Shown: one piece after another, positions 48,858 through 57,841 of the stretch
Layout of the letters: the number at the start of each line of letters is the position of its first letter
How positions within the stretch are numbered: position 1 is the stretch's first letter
Assembly: GCA_021734665.1 (NCBI GenBank)
Contig: JAIPIN010000001.1
Location: 1 to 59,759, forward strand
Source: Kiritimatiellales bacterium
GTDB taxonomy: Bacteria > Patescibacteriota > Gracilibacteria > Peribacterales > Peribacteraceae
Direction of reading: 5' to 3'
Length of the DNA: 59,759 nt
Notes under the pieces: generated by a model
Seen by the model: only the letters and a program-made list of their open reading frames with translations
Databases searched by the model: none
What the model was told of the DNA's origin: nothing
Position numbers and translations under genes: made by a program

Positions 48858-49913
48858 TTACTCAATAAGCTCCCATGAAAGCGGAGTACCGCGTTCGATG
48901 GTTTTCTTGGCAATTTTTCGCAAGACATGCGGCAATTCCTTCGGTGGCAGTCCGTTTCCTGGGCGAATGGAACGTACGTTCTTTTCGTTCAGACCTTCTC
49001 CTTTTGCAATATCTTCAACTGCAAAAATGGAACGACGGAAGATGCGGCTTGCTTGCTCTTTTTCCGAGATATCATATGTCACTTGATCTGCAGGAGCTTT
49101 GGTAGAGATATCTGTGATATTACGTATGGCATCTACCATCTGTTTAAATTCCTGTGGTTCTAGAGAGAATGCACTATCTGGGCCTTCATCATTATGAGAA
49201 AGTGTGAAATGTTTTTCTACAATGCATGCGCCCAATTTTACTGCTGCCACTGCCACTTCTGTACCAAGAGTATGATCAGATAGACCAATTGGAATATTTA
49301 GTTTGGTTCTAAGGTCCGGTATTTTTTGAAGATTCATATCTTCTGGGAGTGCAGGATATGCACTTGTGCATTGTAATAGTGCAATTTCGTTGGCGCCTGC
49401 ATTTCGAGCGGTTTCTACCGCTTCTTTAATCTCTTCAAGCGTCGCCATTCCTGTAGACATGATCATTGGTTTTCCCTTAGATGCGACATTTTCGATTAAG
49501 GGAAGATCTGTGAGTTCGAATGATGCAATCTTGTATGCCGGCACAGCCATTTTCTCTAAGAAATCGACTGATGTACTGTCGAATGGGGTGGAAAAGAGAT
49601 CAATCCCCAGATTTTCTGCTTCCACTTTGAGCTTCGGCTGCCACTCCCATGGCATATATGCCTCTTGATAGAGATCGTAGAGAGTTCTGCCTTCCCAAAT
49701 CGTACCCTTTCCAATCTTGAACTCTTCACGATCACAATCAATCGTCATTGTATCTGGTGTATAGGTTTGTAGTTTGACTGCATCAGCACCGGAGTCCTTC
49801 ATCGCATGAATAATCTCTACAGCTCTATCGTAATTTTGTCCGTGATTTGCAGAAAGTTCTGCAATTATGTACACGGGATTGTTGGAGCCTATATTGTGAT
49901 TACCGATTTTCAT
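48858..49913 (-). CDS. pseI: Pseudaminic acid synthase
   Basis: IIAELSANHGQ, AVKLQTYTPDT, KIASFE, GPDSAFSLEP and RSIRPGNG motifs. Confidence 0.92.
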   Translation of the reverse strand: MKIGNHNIGSNNPVYIIAELSANHGQNYDRAVEIIHAMKDSGADAVKLQTYTPDTMTIDCDREEFKIGKGTIWEGRTLYDLYQEAYMPWEWQPKLKVEAENLGIDLFSTPFDSTSVDFLEKMAVPAYKIASFELTDLPLIENVASKGKPMIMSTGMATLEEIKEAVETARNAGANEIALLQCTSAYPALPEDMNLQKIPDLRTKLNIPIGLSDHTLGTEVAVAAVKLGACIVEKHFTLSHNDEGPDSAFSLEPQEFKQMVDAIRNITDISTKAPADQVTYDISEKEQASRIFRRSIFAVEDIAKGEGLNEKNVRSIRPGNGLPPKELPHVLRKIAKKTIERGTPLSWELIE

Positions 49914-50377
49914 TTAGCTTTAATAAAATGTAGTGCGGGATATCCATCTATTTCAGTTTTTAATGATTCTTCGAATCCTGCCTTTTTAAATACTACTATT
50001 GATGCTGCATTATCTGGTTTGATATATGCGTCTATAAGCATTGTATTAGTTGTAGAGAATAATCGATTGCAGCCTATCATGATTAATTCAGTGCCCAAGC
50101 TTTTTCCGCGCTGAGCAGGATCTATGCTTACAGAAATTGTTGCTTTTGAATCTTCCATATCAAATCGCACTTGTCCAATTGGCTCACCTGCATTTTCTGC
50201 AATAAAAATATGACACTGATCATCAGCCAACTTAGCTGCAAACCAGTTTTCATGATCTTCCCATGCAATTGGATCTTGATAAAATGATGCGGAACGAACT
50301 ATAGGATCATTTGCCCATTCCCATAGCATGCGAGAATCCTCTTGTATGGCCGATCGTAACTGAAGAGATGGTGACAT
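49910..50377 (-). CDS. pseH: GNAT N-acetyltransferase (PseH-like)
   Basis: WEWANDPIVR, HENWF, IGQVRFD, RGKSLG and NAASI motifs; lies between pseG and pseI. Confidence 0.75.
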   Translation of the reverse strand: MSPSLQLRSAIQEDSRMLWEWANDPIVRSASFYQDPIAWEDHENWFAAKLADDQCHIFIAENAGEPIGQVRFDMEDSKATISVSIDPAQRGKSLGTELIMIGCNRLFSTTNTMLIDAYIKPDNAASIVVFKKAGFEESLKTEIDGYPALHFIKAK

Positions 50378-50381
50378 TCAC

Positions 50382-51398
50382 TTAGGATAGTAAACGGGTA
50401 AGCACTCTTTCAACTCCCTTGCCATCTACCAAGCTATGACCTTTTTCACTCATGTTCTTACGGCGAGTTTTATTAATCAAAATATCCCTAATAGAAGCCA
50501 GAATCTCATCATCACTACATTTGTCTATGCGCCCAAGTGATTCCACTACTTCTTTTTGCCCCAAGTCTTCTACAACCTTGCGTTGATTTTCAAAAAGCTC
50601 GAATAATATCGTTGGAACTCCCATGTATGCGAGCTCATAAGAAGTTGTTCCTCCTGCTGCAATTGCTAGATCAGTTTGCATCATAAGTTCTGGCATATTT
50701 TGCGCATCAACAATCACATTCATGCTACTTGCTGCAGATGCAATGCTCTCTTTGTGCTTATTCGCACTACCAATAACAACTGTAACGTCTATTTCTAGAT
50801 CAGATGACTGCAATAATTCCACAATACGCTGTGTCATATTGTTAGTATCTCCTCCGCCAAGTGAGATCAGAATTTTTTTTGCAGTATCTGGTATTTCATG
50901 ATGTGGATTGCACTTGCGGAATTCGCGTCGTAGCAAAACATACTCGCATCCCAGCAAAAGATCTGATCCATTCATGCGATTGGCATACATAGATGTACAC
51001 TCTGGTGCGTACGAATTCTGATTCAGAATAATTTTTGCACTATATTCATGTGCATGACCGTAATCATCAAAGATAAGAAAATCTACTTCGGAACTTTTTA
51101 GTGCACGCTGGTAATTATCTGCAAAGTCATACCCATCAACTACGCATTTGGCATCCAGCTCTTTTACAAGATTTGCTGTTTCTTGTGCATCTTCAATAGA
51201 TGCGCGATTAGAGGAAAGCTCTCGTACTTCACACTCTGCTTCCATGAATCGTTCTTTGAGCTTTTCTGCACCTGGAATCATGAGAAATATCGGCTTATGC
51301 CCTGCGTCGTGAGCTGCTTGTGCTAGTGCAAAACATCGCATCGCATGACCTGTACCTATTTCTGAATTTGCATCTGTACGAAAAAGAATAGTGTTCAT
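50382..51398 (-). CDS. pseG: UDP-2,4-diacetamido-2,4,6-trideoxy-beta-L-altropyranose hydrolase
   Basis: FRTDANSEIGTGHAMRC, VDGY, SLGGGD, AAGGTTSYE and ENQ motifs. Confidence 0.9.
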   Translation of the reverse strand: MNTILFRTDANSEIGTGHAMRCFALAQAAHDAGHKPIFLMIPGAEKLKERFMEAECEVRELSSNRASIEDAQETANLVKELDAKCVVDGYDFADNYQRALKSSEVDFLIFDDYGHAHEYSAKIILNQNSYAPECTSMYANRMNGSDLLLGCEYVLLRREFRKCNPHHEIPDTAKKILISLGGGDTNNMTQRIVELLQSSDLEIDVTVVIGSANKHKESIASAASSMNVIVDAQNMPELMMQTDLAIAAGGTTSYELAYMGVPTILFELFENQRKVVEDLGQKEVVESLGRIDKCSDDEILASIRDILINKTRRKNMSEKGHSLVDGKGVERVLTRLLS

Positions 51399-52708
51399 AT
51401 TAATCTATGGAAATTGCTGTGGGCTTCTGGCCCTTTTAGTTTTGATTCCAAGCCCCCAGCAGATCTCGCTTCTTTAATTTCAATAAATACTTCTTTGACG
51501 GCTTTTAGATATGAATTAACATCCGAATTGGTATGGGCAAATGTAGGGTAAAAAGATCCAGTAGCTAAAAATCCTTTTTCCAGCATATTTTGAATAAATA
51601 AAGTTCGTGCCTTATTGGCATCTTCTCCTTCAAATGAAAAATGGCTAAGAGGATATATTCCTCCCACATTAATTTCGACATTAGTTTCAGCGGCAATCCT
51701 ATTCCATTCATTTTGCACAATTTTACCAATACGAATTAGGTGTTCATGAACTTTTCTATCTTTATGTTTTTTAATTGTGGCTAAAGCGGCAACGAAACCA
51801 ATGCTTTCTGTCCAATATGTAGAACTAATAAAAGTATCTTGCGCTGAATTCATTACTTGTTTTGTCCCCAATATCGCAGCCATTGGATATCCATTAGAAA
51901 TTCCTTTCGCAAATACTGCGATATCTGGATTAACACCAAAAAGCAAATGTGCTCCTCCGCAATTTAATCTAAAGCCAGATGATACTTCGTCAAAAATCAT
52001 TACTGCACCAATTCTGTCAGCGATTTTTCTTACTCCTTCCAAAAATCCTTCTTTAGGATCATCTCCACGGATAGGCTCCATTGCAATGACTCCAATTTCT
52101 GAATCGTTTTTTTCTACAATTCTTTCCAGTTCCTCCAAATGATTGTAATGGAAGGGGATAGCAGTTCCTTTAAGAGAGCGTGGTACACCCGCCGGTGCAA
52201 GTCCGGGTAGTAAGTGTCCGTCCAGCGCACTATTTTCACCGATGTTGGCTGCTAAGTACCAGTCATGCCAGCCGTGATATCCGCAAAAAGCAACTTTGTC
52301 TTTCCCACTTGCCGCCCTTGCAATTCTAATCGCTATAGACATAGCCTCTCCTCCGCACCTTGCATATCTGATCATATCTGACCAAGGGTGCAGTTCTAAT
52401 AAAAGTTCTGCTAGTTCAACTTCTTCGGGGCAATTAAGAGTGGACATGGTTCCTCTTTTGATAGCTTTTTTGATAGCTTTATCAACATCTTTATCTGCGG
52501 CTCCCAAAATACAAGCTCCCAGTGCGTTATAGCTCATATCAATGTATTTGTTTCCATCTAGGTCTGTTACTTTTACTCCCTTAACTTTTTTATAATAACT
52601 AGGCCACTGATCTGGTAAATACATTTCTGGACGTTTAGAAAGCAGTTGAGTACCTCCCGGAATAAGTTTTTTAGCTTGCCTGTAGAGATTCTGACCAGAA
52701 TGGTTCAT
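51395..52708 (-). CDS. Class III PLP aminotransferase (glutamate-1-semialdehyde aminomutase-like)
   Basis: IPGGTQLLSKR, DLDGNKYID, GYHGWHDW, FDEVSSGFR and FAKGISNGYP motifs. Confidence 0.88.
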   Translation of the reverse strand: MNHSGQNLYRQAKKLIPGGTQLLSKRPEMYLPDQWPSYYKKVKGVKVTDLDGNKYIDMSYNALGACILGAADKDVDKAIKKAIKRGTMSTLNCPEEVELAELLLELHPWSDMIRYARCGGEAMSIAIRIARAASGKDKVAFCGYHGWHDWYLAANIGENSALDGHLLPGLAPAGVPRSLKGTAIPFHYNHLEELERIVEKNDSEIGVIAMEPIRGDDPKEGFLEGVRKIADRIGAVMIFDEVSSGFRLNCGGAHLLFGVNPDIAVFAKGISNGYPMAAILGTKQVMNSAQDTFISSTYWTESIGFVAALATIKKHKDRKVHEHLIRIGKIVQNEWNRIAAETNVEINVGGIYPLSHFSFEGEDANKARTLFIQNMLEKGFLATGSFYPTFAHTNSDVNSYLKAVKEVFIEIKEARSAGGLESKLKGPEAHSNFHRLI

Positions 52709-52727
52709 ATTCAAGTTTAATTCTGAA

Positions 52728-53441
52728 TTAAAAAAATTTTGCTGGTTCTCGTTTAATCAGGAGTTCTGGTCTTTTGTTAAGAAGATCGAGTATTTCATTC
52801 ATTCCAAATATATTATTTCCAAACTCTTTATAAACTTCACGTACAAATAGCAAATCTGCTGGTTCGTCTACTGTCCATCTATAACGCGAGAGGTCCTTTG
52901 ATTGCTTTAAGTGTCCGAGTTTAAATTTATCTGTATTTTTGTAAAGATATGGAGTTACATGTTCACGATCAAACAAGCTATTTGTTTCGTTATTAATCCT
53001 TTCTAGAATTTCAAAATTAAAAATTTCCGTATCAAGTCCATCAGGGTAGGTTCGCTCAACAGCATTCGTAACACAATCAAAATCGCCATTTTTATGCATA
53101 TCCATTGCGTTTCTGATAACAATTGGATCAACCAAAGGGCAATCTCCTGTTAATCGTGTAATTATATCTGCATTATATGATATTGCAGCTTGATGATATC
53201 GGTCCAACACATCATCAAGGTTTCCACGATATTGTGGAATATCATTTGATTTGCAATAAATTGATACAGCATCATCAGAAGTTTCATTTGAAGTGGCAAT
53301 AATTACCTCATCAAAAACATTAGATGATACAGCTCTTTCCCAAACACGATGTATAAGGGCTTTTCCTGCAATATCTTTAAGTATCTTCCCTGGTAGTCGG
53401 GAAGATGACATTCTAGCTTGTATTATGGCAATTGTTCTCAT
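52728..53441 (-). CDS. SpsF-type cytidylyltransferase (likely CMP-Pse synthetase)
   Basis: IIQARMSSSRLPGK, DVLDRY, RLTGDCP, REHVT and RWTVD motifs. Confidence 0.85.
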   Translation of the reverse strand: MRTIAIIQARMSSSRLPGKILKDIAGKALIHRVWERAVSSNVFDEVIIATSNETSDDAVSIYCKSNDIPQYRGNLDDVLDRYHQAAISYNADIITRLTGDCPLVDPIVIRNAMDMHKNGDFDCVTNAVERTYPDGLDTEIFNFEILERINNETNSLFDREHVTPYLYKNTDKFKLGHLKQSKDLSRYRWTVDEPADLLFVREVYKEFGNNIFGMNEILDLLNKRPELLIKREPAKFF

Positions 53442-54379
53442 CTTGTGGATCGTGCAGTGATTGCAATTTTCAAAGCTTCTTTTGCTTCACATAATGAGCT
53501 GAATGGTACTGTTTTTTGCTCTATTGTGTCCAGAAAATGACGGACTTCTTCTATATATATATGATTGAATTCGAAACCTATGGGTTCTTTGTAAGATTGA
53601 ACCAAGCCCCCCTCAAGATTGAATAGATCAACCTTTTTTTCATTTATATCCCATTTGATTACTCCTGTTTTGCCATTTATGGTGCAATTACGGTTGTATT
53701 CTGGTTCAGTGAAGCTTAAGTGTACTTTGCTGGTAGCTCCTGATCTGTGCTCTAACTCAAGATTTGCTGTTCCATCTACATCTGATAATCCAATTTCTTT
53801 TGCAGATTCTATGGATGATTCTTTAAGTTCTGCTGGGCCAAGGTACCATAGCGCCAGATCAATTTCGTGAATGCAATCTAGAATTACTCCGCCTTGATTA
53901 GGATCTGCACTATAACTTTTTTTATAGTCTTGATTGGGTCTCCAGTTGGGAAGATAGGAACCGGTATAAATTGATGCAATTTGTATTTCTCCAATCCTAT
54001 TTTCATCAATCAGTTTTTTTACAGTTGCAGGGCCATGATGAAAACGCATGTTGCATCCAACCATTGCTGTTAAGTTTTTTTCTTTGATCAAATCTGATAA
54101 TTCATTAACGTTGTTCATTGAATATGAAAGAGGTTTTTCTATAAATAGATGTGCACCAGATCTAGCTGCTTCAAGAGCCTGAGGTATATGGTGTTTTGTT
54201 GGACTGCATATGAATACTATTTCTGGCGATTCTTTTAGGGCTTCTTCAAATGAAGAGAAATCTTTATCCTTTATTTCATCATTTGGATCAGATATTAGAA
54301 CAGTTTCAACTCCTAGAGCTTTCAGGTTTTCTGCATGGCGTAAACCTATTGAGCCGGCACCGGATACAAGTATTTTCAT
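53438..54379 (-). CDS. Gfo/Idh/MocA-family NAD(P)-dependent oxidoreductase
   Basis: GAGSIGLRH, FIEKPL, VGCNMRFH and GGVILDCIHEID motifs. Confidence 0.9.
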   Translation of the reverse strand: MKILVSGAGSIGLRHAENLKALGVETVLISDPNDEIKDKDFSSFEEALKESPEIVFICSPTKHHIPQALEAARSGAHLFIEKPLSYSMNNVNELSDLIKEKNLTAMVGCNMRFHHGPATVKKLIDENRIGEIQIASIYTGSYLPNWRPNQDYKKSYSADPNQGGVILDCIHEIDLALWYLGPAELKESSIESAKEIGLSDVDGTANLELEHRSGATSKVHLSFTEPEYNRNCTINGKTGVIKWDINEKKVDLFNLEGGLVQSYKEPIGFEFNHIYIEEVRHFLDTIEQKTVPFSSLCEAKEALKIAITARSTR

Positions 54380-55572
54380 TAATTAGAATAAAAATTTATC
54401 ACTTTTCTAATTCCTTCAATCACATCTTTTGCATCATCATTAGTCATACTAGAAAACATAGGAAGGCTTAGTATATTTTTATATGCAGCTTCGGCAACTG
54501 GGCACTGTGTTTCCTTTGTACCAAAATGATTTATATAAAACGGATGTAAATGAGTAGGAATGTAATGTACGTTAACTCCTATGTTCTCTGCTCTTAGGGC
54601 TTTGAATATTTCTTCGCGAGAGGCGGATAATTTGTTTGTATCTAATTGAATTACATATAAGTGATAAGCATGAGAAATATTATCACGAACTTTTAGTGGT
54701 TTAATTGCATCAATATTAATAAATGCATTGTTATACATCTGTGCAATTTCCTGCCTTCTTAGTGTCCATTTGGGTACTTTTTTTAGTTGACTTATACCCA
54801 AGGCACATTGGAAATCTGTTAGTCGATAATTAAATCCAAGATTTGTCATTTCATAAAACCAAGACCCAGCTTCTAATCTCTCTCTATGATCGTTATTTAA
54901 GCAATGATTTCTAAATTCTCTCATCAGTTTTGGTAAATGCGGATTATCAGTAGTAATCATTCCTCCTTCTCCTGTTGTCATTGGTTTCACAGCATGAAAA
55001 CTGAATGTACTTATATCAGCAAGCGAACCGACGGATTTATTTCCATTTGTTGCACCAAGGGCATGGCATGCGTCAGCTACGAGGAACAAATTATGATTTT
55101 CTGCAATTTTGGAAAGAACATCATAATCACAAGGTTGTCCTGCGTAATCTACAGCAACTATTGCTTTAGTATTTTCTGTAATAGCCTCTTCAACTTTATT
55201 TGTGTCAATCAAAAGTGTCTCTGGATCACTATCAACAAAAATTGGAGTTCCTTTTTGAAGAGCTATCGCATTAGCAGTTGCTGCAAAAGTCATTGTTGGA
55301 ACTATCACTTCATCTCCTTTGGCAATACCCAGTGTGAACATTGTTGTGTGGAGTGCTGCAGTTCCATTGCTTACGGCGATTGCATCATTGGTACCCACAA
55401 ACGATGCAAATTCTTTTTCAAATTCAGAAACCTTTGGGCCAGTAGTTAGCCAATCAGATCTTAGAACTTCATTTACAGCAGATATGTCTTCATCCGAAAT
55501 CGATTGTCGAGCATACGGAAGAAAAGTGTTTCTAATGGGGGAACCTCCTTTGATTGCTAATGATTCTGGCAT
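54379..55572 (-). CDS. pseC: UDP-4-amino-4,6-dideoxy-N-acetyl-beta-L-altrosamine transaminase
   Basis: PYARQSI, LTTGP, SNGTAALH, DACHALG, SFHAVK.MTTGEGG and NVHYIP motifs; adjacent to pseB. Confidence 0.9.
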   Translation of the reverse strand: MPESLAIKGGSPIRNTFLPYARQSISDEDISAVNEVLRSDWLTTGPKVSEFEKEFASFVGTNDAIAVSNGTAALHTTMFTLGIAKGDEVIVPTMTFAATANAIALQKGTPIFVDSDPETLLIDTNKVEEAITENTKAIVAVDYAGQPCDYDVLSKIAENHNLFLVADACHALGATNGNKSVGSLADISTFSFHAVKPMTTGEGGMITTDNPHLPKLMREFRNHCLNNDHRERLEAGSWFYEMTNLGFNYRLTDFQCALGISQLKKVPKWTLRRQEIAQMYNNAFINIDAIKPLKVRDNISHAYHLYVIQLDTNKLSASREEIFKALRAENIGVNVHYIPTHLHPFYINHFGTKETQCPVAEAAYKNILSLPMFSSMTNDDAKDVIEGIRKVINFYSN

Positions 55573-56549
55573 GCTTCGACACTATAGATCATATGTACTA
55601 GCTCCTCCACTGTTAGCCATTCAATATTGGTATTGCTGGCATATTTAAAGTCTTCAGGTAAATTAGGAGTTGGCCATGGGGTTTCACGCCAAGATGAAAT
55701 TTCTGGTTGTATAATATACATATTTTCTGTCTCTAAAGTATGACGAGACTCGTCTTCGGATAGAAGTACTTCGTGTAGCTTTTCTCCTGGTCGGATACCT
55801 ATCAAATTCTTTTTACATCTAGGTGCTATCGCTTCTGCAAGTTCTGTGATTTTCATGCTGGGGATTTTTGGTATAAATACTTCTCCGCCCTCCATTTTAT
55901 CAAGACAATTAATCACAAAATCTACACCTTGATCAATTGTTATCCAAAATCTTGTCATTCTTTCGTCTGTAATAGTAATTGTTCCAGTATCGCGCTGTTT
56001 TTCGAATAGAGGTATTACACTTCCTCTGCTTCCAACAACATTTCCATATCTTACGCATGCAAAACGGGTATCGATTCCTCCTCTATATGCGTTTCCTTGT
56101 GTTATTATTTTTTCTGATACAAGTTTTGTAGCTCCGTAAAGATTGCTAGGGCTAACAGCCTTATCTGTACTGAGTGCAATTACTTTCTTAACTCCTGCAT
56201 CAATAGCAGTATCAACAATATTGCGTGCCCCAGTTATATTGGTCTTTACAGCTTCGTGAGGATTATATTCGCATGCAGGCACATGCTTAAGCGCAGCTGC
56301 ATGAATAACAATATCAACTCCAGCCATTGCTCTGCTAAGCCTGTCGCGGTCGCGCACATCTCCTATAAAAAAGCGAATGTCAGGATGATCAAATCCTTCA
56401 TTTTGCATTTCATATTGTTTAAGCTCATCTCTGCTAAATACTATCACTTTTTTTGGAGAGTGATGATCAAGAACAGTTCGGCAGAATTGCTTTCCGAAGG
56501 ATCCTGTACCTCCTGTAATAAGGATGGATTGATTACTTAAATTTTCCAT
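55557..56549 (-). CDS. pseB: UDP-N-acetylglucosamine 4,6-dehydratase (inverting)
   Basis: ITGGTGSFG, SRDELKQ, HAAALKHVP, NLYGATK, VRYGNVVGSRGSV and MTRFWI motifs. Confidence 0.95.
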   Translation of the reverse strand: MENLSNQSILITGGTGSFGKQFCRTVLDHHSPKKVIVFSRDELKQYEMQNEGFDHPDIRFFIGDVRDRDRLSRAMAGVDIVIHAAALKHVPACEYNPHEAVKTNITGARNIVDTAIDAGVKKVIALSTDKAVSPSNLYGATKLVSEKIITQGNAYRGGIDTRFACVRYGNVVGSRGSVIPLFEKQRDTGTITITDERMTRFWITIDQGVDFVINCLDKMEGGEVFIPKIPSMKITELAEAIAPRCKKNLIGIRPGEKLHEVLLSEDESRHTLETENMYIIQPEISSWRETPWPTPNLPEDFKYASNTNIEWLTVEELVHMIYSVEACQNH

Positions 56550-56567
56550 AATAAAATTGGTCAGGAA

Positions 56568-57485
56568 TTAAGATATATTTGGTCGCCAGGTTACAATCGA
56601 AGATGGATTTAATGGATTTATTCCAAGCTCATCAGAGTCATTTCTTAACATTTCTATACCTGGTTGTTGTTTAATTACACTAATTAAGTCTCGATTATAA
56701 TCATTTGCAATCACATATTTTTTTCTCATTAGATCAAGAAGCGAATTGTCGTAATTATCGAAGCCAACTTCGATATGAACTCCGGCGATAATTCGATCAA
56801 AATATTTTGAAAGGGTATTAAATACCTGTGTGGCAGTTGGTAGTTGTTCTATAGCATGGCGCGTAAATACTAGAACTTTCTTTCCAAATGAGCATTTTTC
56901 GAGCATATTGTATGTATCGTCATAAAAATTAAATTGCTCGACATTAATATTTGAATGCTTGGCATATATTAATTTTGAAAGTTCGACTGCGTTTCGAGAA
57001 TAATCTCCGCCAATGTATCTTTTGTTGGGATATTGATTTTGCATAACCCATAGATTATGTCCGTATCCACAGCCCAACTCAATAACTATATCTGCCTCAT
57101 CAATGTAAGGGGATAGTGAATCCAACAACACAGAGTTGTTGGCAGGCATAATTTGATTAGCTGGCAATTCGAAAAGTATTCCTTTTTGGGATACAACGGT
57201 TGATTCAAATGTGCTCAAGCCAAATTCATGTGATCTAATTTCGTCGGCATTGGTAATCCCGTTCTTTTTTGCGAAGTTTAAATAACTAAGATATTTATCT
57301 TTGTCATATTCAGAATCGTTTTTCTCAACAGTGCGACGTGGTATGTTCCATTCGTCGAGCTGGAGAAGTCTACGTGGCCATTTGGACCATTTTGGTAATT
57401 CATCCAATGGAATAATTCTGGATGCATAATCCCGAATATTTATTTTTGATTGTATGCTCAGAGTCGAATTTTGATTATTGGTCAT
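56568..57485 (-). CDS. SAM-dependent methyltransferase-like protein
   Basis: IELGCGYG and FTRHAIEQL motifs; start set to ATG 57485 (TATAGT 7 nt upstream). Confidence 0.75.
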   Translation of the reverse strand: MTNNQNSTLSIQSKINIRDYASRIIPLDELPKWSKWPRRLLQLDEWNIPRRTVEKNDSEYDKDKYLSYLNFAKKNGITNADEIRSHEFGLSTFESTVVSQKGILFELPANQIMPANNSVLLDSLSPYIDEADIVIELGCGYGHNLWVMQNQYPNKRYIGGDYSRNAVELSKLIYAKHSNINVEQFNFYDDTYNMLEKCSFGKKVLVFTRHAIEQLPTATQVFNTLSKYFDRIIAGVHIEVGFDNYDNSLLDLMRKKYVIANDYNRDLISVIKQQPGIEMLRNDSDELGINPLNPSSIVTWRPNIS

Positions 57486-57841
57486 ATGTGGCACTATAGC
57501 TCGAATTGAATGAATACAACAAATGTTATGTAAGTTTTTATTATAGAGTGATATATCTTGATTTATGTATATAAAACTAAAACATGACATCATGTCTAAT
57601 GAGTGGTTTATATATAGATTGAGTTCCTTAACTTCATGTGTATTGGTTCTATAACCCTAATTATTATCGTTATGTGATTTTTGCAGGTGAGATATTTATC
57701 CATAATAATTATCCGGTACAAGCGCTCGATATAGTTGTACAAAAAACAAAGAATGATAAAAAAGATATGAAACTTAATATCATTGAGAAGATTAAGAGTG
57801 AACCTAAATAGTGTATTAGTAACTTATGCTATTATTTCTTC

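Noticed and set aside
51395..52708. hemL (tetrapyrrole synthesis)
   Set aside because: The gene is embedded in the pse operon, no other hem genes are present, and GYHGWHDW differs from the usual HemL YHGHxD.
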